Made by a program: the position numbers and the translations under genes | Shown: positions 49,426 to 62,548 of the stretch, piece by piece | How the letters are laid out: each line of letters starts with the position of its first letter | Numbering within the stretch: position 1 is the first letter of the stretch | Assembly: GCA_965113315.1 (NCBI GenBank) | Contig: OZ220368.1 | Direction: 5' to 3' (one strand) | Origin: Podarcis vaucheri | Lineage: Eukaryota | DNA length: 64,000 bases | The notes under the pieces: generated by a model | Database searches by the model: none | What the model saw: only the letters and a program-made list of their open reading frames with translations | Told to the model about the DNA's origin: nothing

Positions 49426-50884
49426 CGGCTATGGAATCATCATCTTGGAACTCAATGTGGCAATGGGATGGAAATGGTCTAAGCAGTTGATACTATAAAT
49501 ATGTTTCTCTGGCATGAACATTTAAATCCATTGTCTCAGCCATCGGAAACAAGCTGTTGGACTGTATGGTGAAACATCAGTGTAATGTAAAGTGATCCTA
49601 AGACCCTGGGAAAGACAGTATTTGGAACAACCTTAATGGTGGTCCAAGGAGAAGATAAGTACAAATTCAGAATATAGCTGAGGTGTCTTTCTCAAGTAAG
49701 ATAGGAAGGAAAATGGGTAAAGGAGAATCAGAAGACAGTGAGAATAAGGGCGGCAGCAATCTGAACAGAGGTGCAAGTCAGAACTGTTGAGAAACTTTAT
49801 AAAAAGGTATCCTCTTCACTTTTTTTCTGGAGGTAGAGAGGAAGCTAGAGCAATCCAGAGAGACAAGCCCTCTAAGCTAACAGCCAAGGCCCAAAGAATC
49901 AGATTAATCCTTGCCTCTTAATGACCTTGGAGGATTGTTTTGTCTTTCTAAGCCTGAATGAGGCAGAACTTCCCTTGGGAGTTGCTCTGCTCTACTGGTG
50001 TGCATCTCTCTCTTGTGCTTCCTTTTCTCTCACACCATCTTAGGGGCACCAGACATTCAAGTGCATTTTGCAAAGCTATTTCATTTTTCATCACTATTAA
50101 TGAAATTAGCTATCCTACAGCAATTAGTTAAATAATGTGACTTGGTTTCTCCCATTCCCACTCTCACCATAAGACCTTTGCATGCAGCACTAAAACTGCC
50201 TGTTTTCTATAAGGCAAAATGGTGGTGCAGGGGTTTCAGCCTTGCCCCCCACAGAAGCTGTGTGCTCATGTCCCAGAATAAACCTTTGGTTCCTGTTCCA
50301 TGTTCCCTTGTTAACTATGAATATTATGAACATGTATGCCATATTTCCATCCAGTCTCCTAGACTGGGATGACTAAAAAATTGAATGGGGTGCCTTTCTT
50401 TAAATGATTCAGTAGTAGATGACGAAAAAAGGTGTCAAAATAGAAAGCTCTGGCCTAACGTCCCTTTGGCTCCCCAATACTTGAGCTGTCATGCTGAACA
50501 TTGAAACCACACAGAACAGGTTAAAGAGAGACAGGAATGGCTCTGCTGTAGCAGTGAAAAAAATTGAAGGCTGTTCCAGAGGTGAACTTTATCCTTTAAC
50601 ATCCTGCAAGATATGCCCTTTTTGCAGTTGTTGGCACATAATCCTCATCATGTTACATTACTTATTGACATTTATGCATGCGGAGAGTCTGGCCTCCCTG
50701 CATACCCTCAAACTCTACATGGCCTGAGAAGCAGCCCTGGTGTGTCTCGGGGGATGTCGTTTCATCATACTTGCACCTGCTCCTGAACCTGCCTGTGAGC
50801 AAATTCCTCCTTCTCTTGTCTGCCTCTTTCTCTGTTGTCTTTCAATGTGATCTTTTCATTTACTTAGACAATCATAGACAAGTA

Positions 50885-51653
50885 CAGTGGTGCCTCGCAA
50901 GACGAAATTAATTCGTTCCGCAAGTTTTTTCTTCTTGCGAGTTTTTCGTCTTGCGAAGCACGGTTTCCCATAGGAATGCATTGAAAATCAATTAATGCGT
51001 TCCTAGGGAAACCGCCTTCAGACCAGGTCCGGGGACAGTCTGTCCCCCGACCTCTTCTGAAGGCTGGGGGGGGGGGAACAAGGGCTTTTCTTCCCACTGC
51101 CAGCCTTCAGAAGGCTGTTCTGAAGGCTGGCGGTGGGAAGAAAAGCCCTTCTTCCCACCTCCCGCCCCGCAAGCTCCGGGGACAGGAGGGCTTTGCTGCC
51201 CACCGCCAGCATTTTAAAAGCCCCTGCTGTCCCGGGGCGATTTTAAAATGCTGGCGGGCCGGAGCGAAGCCTCCGCTGTCCCGGGGAGATTTTAAAATGC
51301 TGGGGGTCGGCAGCGAACGCTTCGCTCCCGCCCGCCAGCATTTTAAGATCGCCCGGGGCAGCTGAGAAGTCTCCGCTGTCCCGGGAAGGCAGGCGGGGGG
51401 GAGCAAAACTTTTGCCCCCCGCCGGCCTTCAGAAGAGGTCCAGGACCTCTTCTGAAGGCCGGCTGTGGGCGAAAGTCTTTGCTCCCGACCGCCAGCAATT
51501 TAAAACAGGTCCCCGGAGATTTCCCTATGGGCTTTCGTCTTGCGAAGCAAGCCCATAGGGAAATTCGTCTTGCGAAGCGCCTCCAAAACAGAAAACCCTT
51601 TCGTCTTGCGGGTTTTCCGTCTTGCGAGGCATTCGTCTTGCGGGGTACCACTG
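50885..51653. mobile_element. Tc1/mariner-pogo MITE, family B (GC-rich hairpin core)
   Basis: TIRs CAGTGGTGCCTCGCAAGACGAA / TTCGTCTTGCGGGGTACCACTG, TA flanks. Same subterminal repeats as 28131-28523. Confidence 0.92.
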
Positions 51654-51989
51654 TATAGAAATAATACTTGGCTCAATCCTAGCTGATTATTTCTCAGTTT
51701 CACTGGGCTAGATTTCAGAAGACTAGGTATTCAGTCTGTTCTCTGCCACAGACTTGTGATACAGTCTTCGTCATGCCCCTTCTTCACTGGCTGCTCCTCC
51801 GTAAACAAGTGGAGGTTTTGCGAGCTGTGACTGATAGAGCTTGGTCTTCATAGAGCTTCCACCGCATGCCTGGTGTTGCATTTAATCTAATGACCATCTC
51901 CCCCCACACACACACACTCTCCCCAAGCCCTTAGCTCTTCTACTGTGCAATGAGTGATCTCCCCAGGCCCGCAAGGGCTTCAAAGAGGG

Positions 51990-52300
51990 GATGAGAAATA
52001 TTATTTATTCAGTTGTTTACAGAAGCGTTTGATCGGGAATAGTTCTTCACTGCCAGCCTGTTCTGTATTATTCATTGCAATAATCTCTGCAGATTGTGAT
52101 AAACTGTAACAGCGCCGGGGCAGCGAGCAGCAGGGCTTTGCTGATGCCGACGCAGGCACCCTGCTCTAAAATATCGGCAGCTGCAATCATAAATCTCAAT
52201 TTACAAGTGTGACTATTGCACGGGGAGTTATAGTTATACTAATGATTGCTTCTCTGTCTTATTTTTCATGTTGCAACAGAGTAATAAATTTTTAAGAACA
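51990..52300. promoter_or_regulatory. Candidate conserved non-coding enhancer
   Basis: TGTTTAC (FOX), TTTGAT (TCF-like), ATCATAAA and GTAATAAA (posterior HOX/CDX), several CpGs. Confidence 0.5.
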
Positions 52301-52489
52301 GCCTGGGCAGAGTGTTAGGGAAGGAAGCATGGTGCGTCCGCTTCCAGCCCTCTCTGTGCCTGATAACAGCTCTTCTTCACTCTTCGCAGAAGCGTGGCAG
52401 GTTAGTTAGAGCATATCTACCCACATCCTGGGAAAAACACATGATTTAAATAAAAGGGATGGAGGTCATTGTTCTTTGAGTGCCATCAA

Positions 52490-52612
52490 GAGTGCTGTTG
52501 CACTGATGTCCTGCTTGCAAGCTTCCCCAAGGCAGCTGGCTGGCCACTGTGATAACAGGTTGGACAAGATGGGCCTCTAGACTGAGCCAGCAGGACGATT
52601 CTTACATTCTCA
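52490..52612 (+). mobile_element. CR1 3' UTR fragment
   Basis: cctgcttgcaagcttcccc..ctggctggccactgtg..ggacaagatgggcc..ccagcagg..ttcttacattct. Confidence 0.7.
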
Positions 52613-54849
52613 AGAAGTTCCATTGGACCTTGATGTCTTCACCTTTATGATGAGAGTTGCTTGGGGGAGACGGAATTATGAAAAGTATTTGGAAGGATGC
52701 TGCCAGTGTGATGTCATCCAAAAGTCCCCTTGCACCTGCTTTTGCCTCTCGATGGATGGATAAATAGATGTGGACATGAGTTTCTGTATCTCATCTTTGT
52801 CAGTTTGAGTGATTTCCCCCTCCATCATTGTACATCTTGACTCCATATTTCTGCCAGTATACCTAGTATGATTGGATAAAGCACAAAACAAGATTCTGCT
52901 AACTTCATAGATGCTAAGACTAAAATCCTGTGATGCTGACATCACTTCCTGGATAAAACCAAGGCTCCAGTTACTGAGTCTTATTCTTTGGTGGTGGTGT
53001 GGCTGCAATGCCCTACTTTATTGGCCCAGGCTAAGGTGGCTGCTTTGGACCAGAATGCCTTCTCAGCCAGGATGGTGGGACACAGGCCTCACTAAGCATT
53101 TCTCAAGTGCTCTCCAAGATCTGTGATGCGTGGTAGCTGATGGATGCCTCTGTTCAGAGAGCTGACATGGTGATGTACGCAGAGCCTAGAGACATATAGA
53201 TTTTTCAAAGTGGCCACTCTGAGCATAATTATAAATATCCAGTCCCTTCACATGGTAAATTGCTGCTGAACAGAAACAAAACTCTGCGGGATGAAGGCCT
53301 TCCATCTCTGCCTCTTGTAATATTATTCCAGGAGATCCAACCCATTGCTCCACCTCGATGGGGATGTAACATAAGTGGTGCCCTAATCTGTTCTCTTACC
53401 CATTAGTGCATTACACCCTGATGGTGTAATTCCTTCTGAATGATTGGTTCATATTCCATTAAGCAGTGGGAAAGAAGAAAGGAGGGGACTGGCAGGCACC
53501 ATTGCTGGGCTTGCTATTCAGGACAGAGCATTGAGGACTGGTGTAGAAAATTTCAACTCTTAGTCCTCTCCTAAGTTTGGTGGATCTCTCACAATGCATG
53601 TGTTGTGGAGAGTGAATGGACTCCAGAGAATAGTACTACCTAGTTTGATCAGGACCCAGTACTACCTGCTTTTATTTGGACTATATGCCTACCCTTTGCC
53701 TATGAACTGAAAGTTTGATTTCATGTTTCAGTATGTTAACAGGAAGCTGTTGCCCAATGCCCTTCTCCCATTCCTCAGGCACTCATACCTGTTGCTTAGG
53801 CTGGTTGTGTTTGACAGCAGCCCCACAACACTACTATTATTTTTCTTCCCCTTCCTGGCAGATATTGCAGCATTGGTTGTCACATGATGAATGGAATAGT
53901 AATGAACAGTCTTGGATGGAATCCAGCTTTGTTATCTGTACAATTTAGATTAAAAACAACCATTACTTAGCAGTTGGGCAGTAGCTGTGGTTCATGACCT
54001 TTCCCACTCAAGGGACAAGCAAAATCTTTCCAACACAATTATAAACCATTAGGAACGCCCCTTTGCTTTACATCTGGAAAATGGTACAGTGAAGGCCAGC
54101 CCTGTCCTGAACCCTGATTGGTTATGCTTGGGCACACAGGCACCTCTTGCCAATCTTGAATCAGTCAGGCTTGTTGGAAGAGACCCTGCGTTTACTTTAA
54201 ATGGCCTTCCATTGCTAACCATTTTCTGGCAGTTGAAGAAAAAGGCTTCTGTGCATCGCGCTGCATTTTGGAATCATTCTGATCCACTTGTTTGGCCAAG
54301 GATCGGCAGTGAAGAAGTCTGTGGTTAGACAAATAGACTGTTTTGCCTTTTCATCTTCCTTCTTGGATCATCATTTGAAACCATAACTTGCATGAGCTTT
54401 TGTAGATACAAATTCTGTTAGGGGCTATTTCGCTGCTAAAGTTGAATTGTATATTACTTTCATCAGAATAATATCTTCCTGGCAGCAGAGGAAGCCATAC
54501 TGGAGCTCACAATATTCATTTTGCATCACCACTCAGCCAAAAGGCTTCTACACAGAAACCTGAGGGCTTAAAACAAGCCAAAGCCAGAGGGGTGCTCTTC
54601 TCCCTAGGTGCTCTTATTGTTCACTGGGATTTCTTATAGTTGTTCTCAGACAGAAAACTGCATAAGATTTGTTTGTTGGTTTGGGAGCAAGGGCTGTGGG
54701 GAGAAGGTCAAAGCATAAAATTGGAGTTGAATCGAAATCAATGGCAGAAGCAAAGATTCGTGACTGCTTGAGTTAATTGTACCAGCACTGCACTCATTTC
54801 TTCGGCTTTCCAAAAGGGTTTGGTGGCTCATTAGTTTGCATGTATGTAA

Positions 54850-54999
54850 AGTTATTTCTGTTCAGCTTTTCACCGATTTAATCAAAGTTGCTTTCAGTAT
54901 AAAAAGATAAACTATCGGAAATAATAAAATGAGACTAAAAATACCACAATAAAAGCATTGAGCTTAGAACTGCAAAGATCAAATAGAAAATGCTTGCCA

Positions 55000-55043
<44 letters not shown>

Positions 55044-55190
55044 GGCCTATTTCATGAATGTAAAGAGAGGGTGATTGTTCCCAGGCAGAGAATATCTGTG
55101 GTACCACCACTGAAAAAGCACTGTCTGTAGTACTCATCAATCCAATATTCAGTAAAGATGGACTAGGAGCTGGGCCTCTAAAGCTAACCT
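54850..55190 (-). mobile_element. Old L2 3' fragment containing an (AAT)n tract at 55001-55043
   Basis: Minus-strand TTDSAFSVVVPQI resembles the L2 (G)DRAFSVAAP.LWN motif, followed by an L2-type tail. Confidence 0.6.
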
Positions 55191-58100
55191 TATGCACAGG
55201 CAAGCTCATGCAAATTATTTGATGCAGTTGCTCTTTTGGTGTGGGTAGCCACAGAAGGTTAATAGTGTAGATTTTCTCTCCCTCTCCCTCTCCCTAGCCA
55301 CTGACCCACTGGAATTAATTCCTATGTTAATGTTGGGGGGAAGGCAATATGGGAATCCGAGATTCTTTAAAGGATAATAAGCCATGTTGATTTCTGGATT
55401 CTCTTGTCTTGTCTTATTCCTTACTTGACCCCATCCTCTGGCAAATATTGGCTGTACTCAGTATAGAATTAGAATGAGGGATTGGGTTGCTTCATTTGTC
55501 CATTCTGTATTCCATAGCATTTACAATGCAACATGTTTCATGCCACAAGAGAGAGAGGAAACCACGCTTTTCACAACTTGCAGGAAGAGTGTAGTTTGAG
55601 TGATGAGGTTCTTCCATCATTGAGAAGCCTGGTAATTTCAGTTCTCAGACAGGGAATCCTGTTGGCTTTAAACCAAAATCAGTGACAGATTTGTGACTGC
55701 AGAAATGATGTCATTAAGTCCAGAGTGGTGTGTGCAACTTGAAAGCGATTGAGTGATAGATGCAAGTAATTTTAAAGCTGTTGTCCCAGTCTCCCCTCGC
55801 AAGGCATTTCAAGAAAAGTTGCATATCTACACTTGAGGAGTGTAAATAATTTAAATGAACAATGTCAGGTAAAATTGCAATCACTTACAGCTCAATAATG
55901 TTACAGAGAGGAATGTAAAGCAGAGCCCAGCCTCTTCAGTCATTCAACTATTTCTTCCTCAAAGCTGGAATTAAACAACAATCTGTTTGGTTTTGTGCCA
56001 GCTCTCCTGTGGGCCTCGCTGCTGCTGTGTCCTACAGTGTCACATGCAAGATCACAAATGTGTCTTGTGTTTGGTTATTTCTTGGCCTCAAGGAACATAT
56101 TGTGTGAATGTTAAAAGTTAGTTGCAAACTTGAATTTCTTTGATTTGGGAAGTGGGAGTATCCCCATCCCTTCCTAATGGATAGGCACTAGTGGACAGAC
56201 AGCAAACATATGCATAACATGCACAACAGTATTCTTTCACTATGTTTAGACTGATCACTAAGCTACCATGTGTATCAACTTCCCATTCCATATATATATT
56301 GCCAAAATGGCATTTGTGTCGCTGCCACTTTATTTTTCCTTTTCACCCTGGTTTAGGAACTCTGATTTGTGTGTGGTATCTGGTAGCTATCTCCCCCCCC
56401 CCCATGGCATGTTCAATTCATCCCTATTTACACATGAATGTCACATTAGCCCTTTTTGCCACAAGCTTTGTGTTATTGCAGCCATTTCACCCTCCAAAAA
56501 AGCTCTGTTGTGCTGTGTTCTGTGAATGGGCATTAAATAGCTCAGCCTCTCATGGGTCTGTAATTCCAACTGCAAAATTGGCAATGCTGGTAATGAGCTT
56601 GGGAGTTACTGTGCATTGGACGCAGCCACTGCTTAAACCTCAATATCTTGGCCATTTAATTTAATGGGGCTTTTTAAATACCCAAAGCGATTAAGTTCAC
56701 ATTGTGAGCTAATCGCCTACAAAATTTCATTTCTGAGAGATGCAGCCTGTTTAGGAGAGAATTAGTGGTGAAAATGCCAACTCTGCCTGTTTCTTCCTTC
56801 CACCCAGACAATTTGGAGGGGAATAGCTGGCTATCGTGGCCTACACAAGTAGTTTATTCCATGCCCAGAAGGATTTGTACAGTTGTCAGCATTACCTTGC
56901 AAAGAGGGTTTCATAAATATGTTGGACTAGAAAGTTTGAATTAATTAAGAAAAGTTTGTTTTACCATCTTGAGCGCTCCCACCTGCACTTGTCTGCTCTG
57001 CTTTCCAGCATACTCCCTCCCAACTATTTTCTCCCCACATGGGGCCTGGTTCTGTGATCAGAGAAGGGAGCATTTGTTTCACCCTCAGGTAGTGGCAGCA
57101 ACAGCAGTGGTACCTAGTGGAGCTGCATGGCAGCAGGAACTTTTGCATTGATACTGTGCTCTCCCATGCACACACATTGCCTCCATCAGTTACCACCACA
57201 GAGTAGCTGCAGCCCTCCATGAAAAGTGATTTAATGGGTTAGCCACCACAGTAGCTTTTCAACAAGTTCAGGCAACTGTAGATGTGGGTGTTGGGTAATT
57301 GACCACATGTTTGAATGGGATCTCTGGATCCAAGGCACTGTAAAATCCTGAGGGTCTGGAAGCATGGATATTCCCTCATCCTTGGGCAGCCTCAGACCAG
57401 ACTAGCACTGCAGCTTCCGAATTAGGACAAGCACTCTCCACTCTCCTGGCAGTCAAACCTCTGACCCCCAACTGCCTTATGGCACAAGCAACTTTCTTTC
57501 AGATTTTTTACAGTGGTCTCCATGTCAAACCCAGAGCCCTTCAAGTGTGAGAAGAATTTGAAAAATTGAGAAAGTAGTCACATAGGCTCCTTAATCCCTT
57601 GAAACTTGGAGGGGGAAAATGGGCCTGGTCTGGCCATTGTTGACCCTACCTTAGTGTTCAAGTGGTAACAGCTACCACTACATAGCTCTGATTTGTAGAG
57701 TTTTATATATGTTCTCCTACAGATCCATTGAGCCAAGAGGCCTGAACAGTTGATAACCTATCTCACTTATTAAACTCATTAAAAACCTCCCTAAGGGCTC
57801 ATGAAGCTTGGATCTTGAGCACAGTGCATACAGATATGTTTAATGAGATGTCCACCTGCAGAGTCATCATAAGCTTAACATCCAGTCAGTGTAGGTTTCT
57901 ACGGCATGAAGCCCAAGCTGTAAACAGAGCCATCTGTTTTAATGGGCTGCAGTGTAAAAACTTCCCCAGTCAATAAATCACAAGGGCATAATTTGTATCC
58001 TATGCTGCCTGAGGCATTGGGTAAACCTACTCACACACAAGACTCCCCACAACAGCCAGCTTTAATGACCATTTGACTTAACTTTCTTCCTCCACTACCT

Positions 58101-58622
58101 TTTGGGAGCTCACAGGAAGAACAATTGGATGTGGCAGCTGTTCTGTAAATAGTTTCAATCTCTAATCTAGTGTTGGACTTTCTCAGTCACTCCTCTCTCC
58201 CCTCCTCCAATGTTATTCTGTCTAGACTTGGATTCTTCAGAAAGGAAACATATAGGAGGATACCATTCCATGCCAATAAGAGGAAATGTCTAATGCGATC
58301 TTGTAAGGAGGGAGTCAGAAAAATAGACCTATAAAATTCATTCCTCCTTTTACTCTGGGGCACTCCTTGTTTGGGCTTCAAGGCTAGGGGTGCTCAGGCA
58401 CTGTATTGGATAGCAGGTTGTGCATGGAAATTATAGCTAATCTAAACTGTGAAGAAGATAATTTGGGGCTGGAAGCATGAATCAGAACTGTGGGGCATTA
58501 AAATTTTGAGCAAGGAGTGTGGTTGGACTTGCAAGGGATTCATGGAATTAGAACTGGTGGGCAACTAAAAGACTGGACACAGAGGCTGGGTCTGGGATGA
58601 ATTAGAGTGAGGCTTACTGGTG

Positions 58623-58624
<2 letters not shown>

Positions 58625-58659
<35 letters not shown>
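58625..58659. repeat. (CA)n microsatellite
   Basis: Read directly. Confidence 0.95.
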
Positions 58660-58661
<2 letters not shown>

Positions 58662-60228
58662 TTTGGGTCAGAATTGAGGGGCACCAGAAAATGTATTTGC
58701 TTTCCAGGACTATAGTTCTGGATGGCCAACATTTCAGAGCTTGGGCCCCATCCAGCTTTCTTGCCCTCAGGTTCATTTTGAAAGCCCTCTGTGTGTGAGC
58801 AGAACCTTGGCCTGCTGATCTTCTTTGCATACCTCTGTGACTGAGGCTGCTTGTCTTGTTCCTCACTCTGCATCAACTGGAGAGGGGTCTGCTGCTTGGA
58901 AAAATAATTCCTGCTTGCCTTTTGCAGTAGGCACTCTCAAGTGGGTGATAAATAAGGGCCTTGGGGGCTGCTTGTTTCTCCAGGAGTGACAGGAGCCTGG
59001 GGCTTAGTGGCTGCTTGAGAAAGAGGAGCCCCATTTCCCTTATTTATTTCGAATCCTCCCCTGGCCCTCACTCTCTCCTTCCCCTGGAGGGGAGTTCCAC
59101 TCCAGCCTGTGTGCGAGGCAGGGATATTAGTCCTCATTACTAATTAAAGGAAGCAGGAGTAATTGACGGATGGCGGATGGCGGGGGAGCCAATATGATTA
59201 ACGGCCCCTGTCTCTGTCCTGGGGGCCCACGCTGAGCACTACCTGTTAGCTACAAATAAACAAACCTGATAAATAATAAAGAGTTTGGGGTGAGCAGCAG
59301 CCCAGCATTGCTTAAATTAATAGGGATTAGAGGGAGTGCCCTGACATGCAGCTGGGCAGGCAGTTGTTCAGAGAAGGGGTTGGAGTAAACAAGAAGCAGA
59401 GGAGATTCATCACAAAGGCCTGACTGAGTTTCCTTGGCTTTGCAAGCACAGGTGGATCCTTCCATCTGTTTTGGATCCCCTACCTGTCATTTGCCTTACT
59501 CGAGCCTCTTGGGTTGCTCAGTCAAGGATGAATAGTGAGACTTCTGGTGAGACTGAAAACAGCAGGTGGGGCACCATTTCCTATGATGTTTTTGCATGAC
59601 ACAAATTGGCCCAGTGCTGGGATTCTCTGAATGATGCGAGACAGCAACAATTCCTTGTTATCTCCCCCCCCAACCCATTGTGTAAGCATTTAGAGGGGTT
59701 TCTTCTAGTCTATTTCTTAAGCTTTCTGAGATCCTTGTATGAGACGCTCCACACTTTATATGGCAGTTGCATTTGTTGTAAGGACATAGTATTTCCTGTG
59801 TAGCACAGACATGAAGTGTGAAAGGCACACATGCTTCCTTAAGCACATGTGAAACTGTGATAGGGAGCTACTGTTTGCTCAGGAATCTCTCACACACACA
59901 CACACACACACACGTTTTTAAGAATGTGTGTCTCTTTACACTTTGTTTGGCTCCAACCAGCTGCTACATTTCTAGCCATCTAAGGTTGCAGTGAAAAGTA
60001 GACACTAAAGGTGACAACCTGGGCATACAGTTTGTTAAATAATGCACTTGAAAGGGGAGTAACAAATCTGGGACCCTATATGGGAACCAGCTTTACTTGA
60101 GCTAGGGCTCCATCGGGGCCAGATTAGGCATGCCATTCCTAGAGTGATTGCAATCAATATGCCTAATTTTACAAAATAGAAATAGTAGCCATGTGGTTGA
60201 GGGAAAGAATCAGGATGGGAACTGTCAG

Positions 60229-60695
60229 TGTCAGATGGTGGTGGTGTTTGCTCGTGAGTAATCAGGCAGGACTCCAACCTGGCTTTTACAGGTTTTATTG
60301 TGCAAACTATTTACAGTGCAGATCTACCAAGTTCATGTCCGTCTCAGTCACTTGCAGAATCCGGGAGTGGCCGCTTCCGGTTGCTTCCCCAACATAAGAA
60401 TTTTGGCACCCCAAGCCTCCTCCCCCCCTCCTTGCGTTTCACCCCTCTGCGCAAGCTGGGCGATGGAAGGGGCGTGCCTCCCTCCTGGCCAGCCTGGCTA
60501 GGTGAGGCACTGGGGCTCTCCACAGCATCCTTGAGCCCTTTCCTTGCTTGTCTGGCCCCTTCCCCCTCTTCTCCACTGGAGGTATGGCTTTTCCCACCGC
60601 TGGAAGAGGAACTGCTCCTCAGGAGTTTTGGAGGCTCTCTGTATCCCAAGGGCCCTCCTGCCTCCCTCCCCTGTTTCAGTGGCAGTCCCCTGACA
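60229..60695 (-). mobile_element. Solo LTR (467 bp), probably of a Gypsy/Ty3-type LTR retrotransposon
   Basis: TGTCAG...CTGACA termini. Perfect 5-bp TSD GTCAG at 60224-28 and 60696-700. AATAAA on the minus strand (tttatt near 60294) about 65 bp from the 3' end. CpGs retained. Confidence 0.85.
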
Positions 60696-61002
60696 GTCAG
60701 GATTAACCCTTCCCCCTACTCTGATCTCACTGAAATCCTCCCCTTGCTTTTTAAGCTGTTGCTTGCCTTGAAAAGGAAGCTTCAAGTGACAGCAAATGAA
60801 ACTTCCCTCCTGGAGTAAATAGTGGTTTGTGGGGGCGAGGAGAAGTTTCATCAGGACCAATGTATGGGGAGGGGGAGTAACCAGCCCCCCTCCCTCAGGT
60901 CTCTCAATTGGCAACTATGTTATTTTTTAAGACAATACATGTTAATTTCAATCATGCCATCAACCTCATGTCTATCTAGTTCGGCCTTTAGCAAGCGTGT
61001 TG

Positions 61003-61210
61003 TCAAAGCACTTCACGTGTATTGTCTAATAGTAATCCTTACAACGGCCCCAGTATAATGTCTGTCAGTATTATCATTTTGTAGATTGTTGGGGGTCTGA
61101 GGCTAAGAGAGAGTGGCTAGCCAGAGGCCATCTGGTGAGACCATGGCAGAGGCAAGATTTGAACCAAGGGTATCCTGATTTGTCACTCTCTCTCTTAGCC
61201 ACCATGCTGC
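61003..61210 (-). mobile_element. MIR/CORE-like SINE, old
   Basis: aatccttacaac..gaggctaagagag..ggcagaggcaagatttgaacc..cttagccaccatgc is typical antisense MIR text. Confidence 0.7.
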
Positions 61211-62290
61211 GATGGCTGCTATTAGCAGAAGACTAGGCCACAAGTGTCCCCTGTTGCTAGCATTGTTAGTATAGAAATGCACAGATGGGTGGAACAAACT
61301 GGCTGTTGGTATCTCGTCTTTACTGAATATTGCCCTTAAACAGTAACTGCTCGTCTCTCCTGTCGCCCTGCACCTCTGCCTGTATCATTTTTGCAGCTCC
61401 AGCTACATTTGTGCTAAAAGTGTGAGTGTGTGAAAGTTCCCTGCTGCCCCACAAAGGCCTTGGCAAAACCTAGCTAACTTGCTAACAGCCGCCTCCTTTT
61501 CCCAGGCGTTTGCTGTCATATGCTGTTTGGTCTCAGCCAGTGAATAAGGCAGCCGACGGGCGTATCTTCACCCCCTGATGACATTTGAATAAAGCACTCT
61601 GCCTGTTTGCGGTGCAGGCATGGTGGGTGATGCCGGGCTGGGGGAAGGCAATGAGGTCGGGGGCCTCTGCTGGCTATCACATCGAGTCTATCTTATCGCT
61701 ACAGTAATTTGATGATAAAAAATAATCCCAGGCTGGAGAGGAAACATGTGTAGTGGAGTAAAGATTGAATGTAGGTGGAATGTACCCTGGGGCAGCAGCT
61801 GAGATAGAAGGAAAATGTCCTTCTGTTTGACATACTGCTGCAATGCTGCCCTGCGCCCACCCAGCTTTGTTGAGCATTATTTTACATGGAGGAGGGAGGG
61901 GGAGATGGCGCTTGGGTTAACTGATTGCCTGAAGGCATGAGATCATGGAGAGAAAGATAGCTCTGCACACTCCTGTTCCCTTTCTCTTGTTTCGTAGCCA
62001 CAGAATCAGACATGAAGAGACACCAGAGGGCGTAGCTTTGTGGAGCTCAGATATGGCCTTCCCCGTACACCACACACTCACATTGGAGGATATCAGGAAA
62101 AGTATGCGGTCCCTGGTCTGCCCTTTCCAAACCAGCCCCTGTGCTGACATTTTGCAAATAACTTAGAAATCATTCAGCACCGAGAAAGTAGCCATGACCG
62201 ATCCTCCTCCTCCTATGTGGCTACAACACACAAACATGTGTATGATAAATTACAGGGGCAACATATATGGGACTGCTAGCCTAATATGAA

Positions 62291-62548
62291 GAAGAAGAAG
62301 AAGAAGAAGAGTTTGGATTTGATATCCCGCCTTTCACTCCCCTTCAGGAGTCTCAAAGCGGCTAACATTCTCCTTTCCCTTCCTCCCCCACAACAAACAC
62401 TCTGTGAGGTGAGTGGGGCTGAGAGACTTCACAGAAGTGTGACTGGCCCAAGGTCACCCAGCAGCTGCATGTGGAGGAGTGGAGACGCGAACCCGGTTTC
62501 CCAGATTACGTGACTACCGCTCTTAACCACTACACCACACTGGCTCTC
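62291..62548 (-). mobile_element. Young Squam3-type CORE SINE with (CTT)n tail
   Basis: Minus strand GAGAGCCAGTGTGGTGTAGTGGTTAAGAGC (A box)...GGGTTCGCGTCTCC (B box)...CTGGGTGACCTTGGGCCAGTCAC (CORE). (GAA)n on the + strand. 5-bp TSD ATGAA at 62286-90 and 62549-53. Confidence 0.9.

Noticed and set aside
11689-56676. Exact 15-mer TAATGGGGCTTTTTA at 11689 and 56662
   Set aside because: A few exact 15-mer repeats are expected by chance in 64 kb, and the match does not extend.
60300-60914. Long overlapping ORFs (172 aa on +, 138 aa on -)
   Set aside because: They overlap a GC-rich solo LTR, are low-complexity, and show no recognisable domain or splice context.
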